From the NCBI RefSeq assembly GCF_001194135.2, contig NC_068994.1, forward strand, positions 54,313,805 to 54,377,804: DNA of 64,000 nt, in the 5' to 3' direction. A program made the position numbers and the translations under genes. This stretch comes from Octopus bimaculoides (taxonomy: Eukaryota). Below, piece by piece: positions 63,460 through 64,000 of this stretch (position 1 is the stretch's first letter; the number at the start of each line of letters is the position of its first letter). A model generated the notes under the pieces. That model worked only from the letters and a program-made list of their open reading frames with translations. It ran no database searches and had not been told where the DNA came from.

Positions 63460-64000
63460 CTACTGGCATCTGCATTTCACAACTACCTCCGCAACCACCA
63501 CCACCACCACTACTACTGCTGCTGAACGACTAACTGTCAGCACTAGCACAAACAGCAGTAGCAACACCACTAAACTACTACCTGCGCCACTAACATCCCC
63601 ACTACGGAAAACTACTACCAACACATTCAGCATCACCGTCGCCGCGGCGAATCCCAGCACAAAACGTCTTCATCTCCCACCGCACAGTTAACACTTTCAT
63701 TGCAACTGTAACCACCACCACCACCACTACTACTACTACTACCATGTCGCGTTTGATTACTAACAGCTCCAGAACTGCAAGCACCGCCATCGCCACCACC
63801 ACCACCATCATCATCACAGTTAACACTAGCATGACCGCCAACGCCTCCACCGCCATACCCCAGTATTAGCACTACCACCACCACCACCACCACCACCAGC
63901 ATCATCCCTACCACTACAACCACCACCGCCGCCACCACCACTAGCATCCCACAATTTACACTAGTATCATCACCACCACCACCACCACCACCACCGTCAC
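63460..64000 (+). repeat. Degenerate (CAC/CTA/CAG)n trinucleotide low-complexity tract
   Basis: Direct reading. Confidence 0.85.

Overview
Animal (very probably octopus/cephalopod) draft-assembly DNA: AT-rich, crowded with microsatellites, and broken by 11 N-gaps that mostly sit against microsatellites. The taxon is inferred from recognisable repeat families, not from a database search. I recognise no intact protein-coding gene, tRNA, rRNA or CRISPR array. Nearly all supplied ORFs are translations of microsatellites, low-complexity tracts or N-runs. The window is a mosaic of at least six tRNA-headed or LINE-tailed SINE families (my labels A-F), decayed Tc1/mariner elements, hAT-, piggyBac- and mariner-type MITEs, and LINE remnants (CR1, Tx1/L1, R4/Dong, RTE). 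The most interesting signals are: (1) a 178-bp inverted copy of neighbouring genomic DNA captured with a young SINE between 13-bp target-site duplications (30.8-31.6 kb); (2) a 117-bp near-perfect fold-back of a SINE (12.3-12.6 kb); (3) an isolated hairpin with pri-miRNA geometry (43.5 kb); (4) sharp CpG-poor versus CpG-rich domains; and (5) two unassigned candidate exons (8.2 kb and 23.1 kb).
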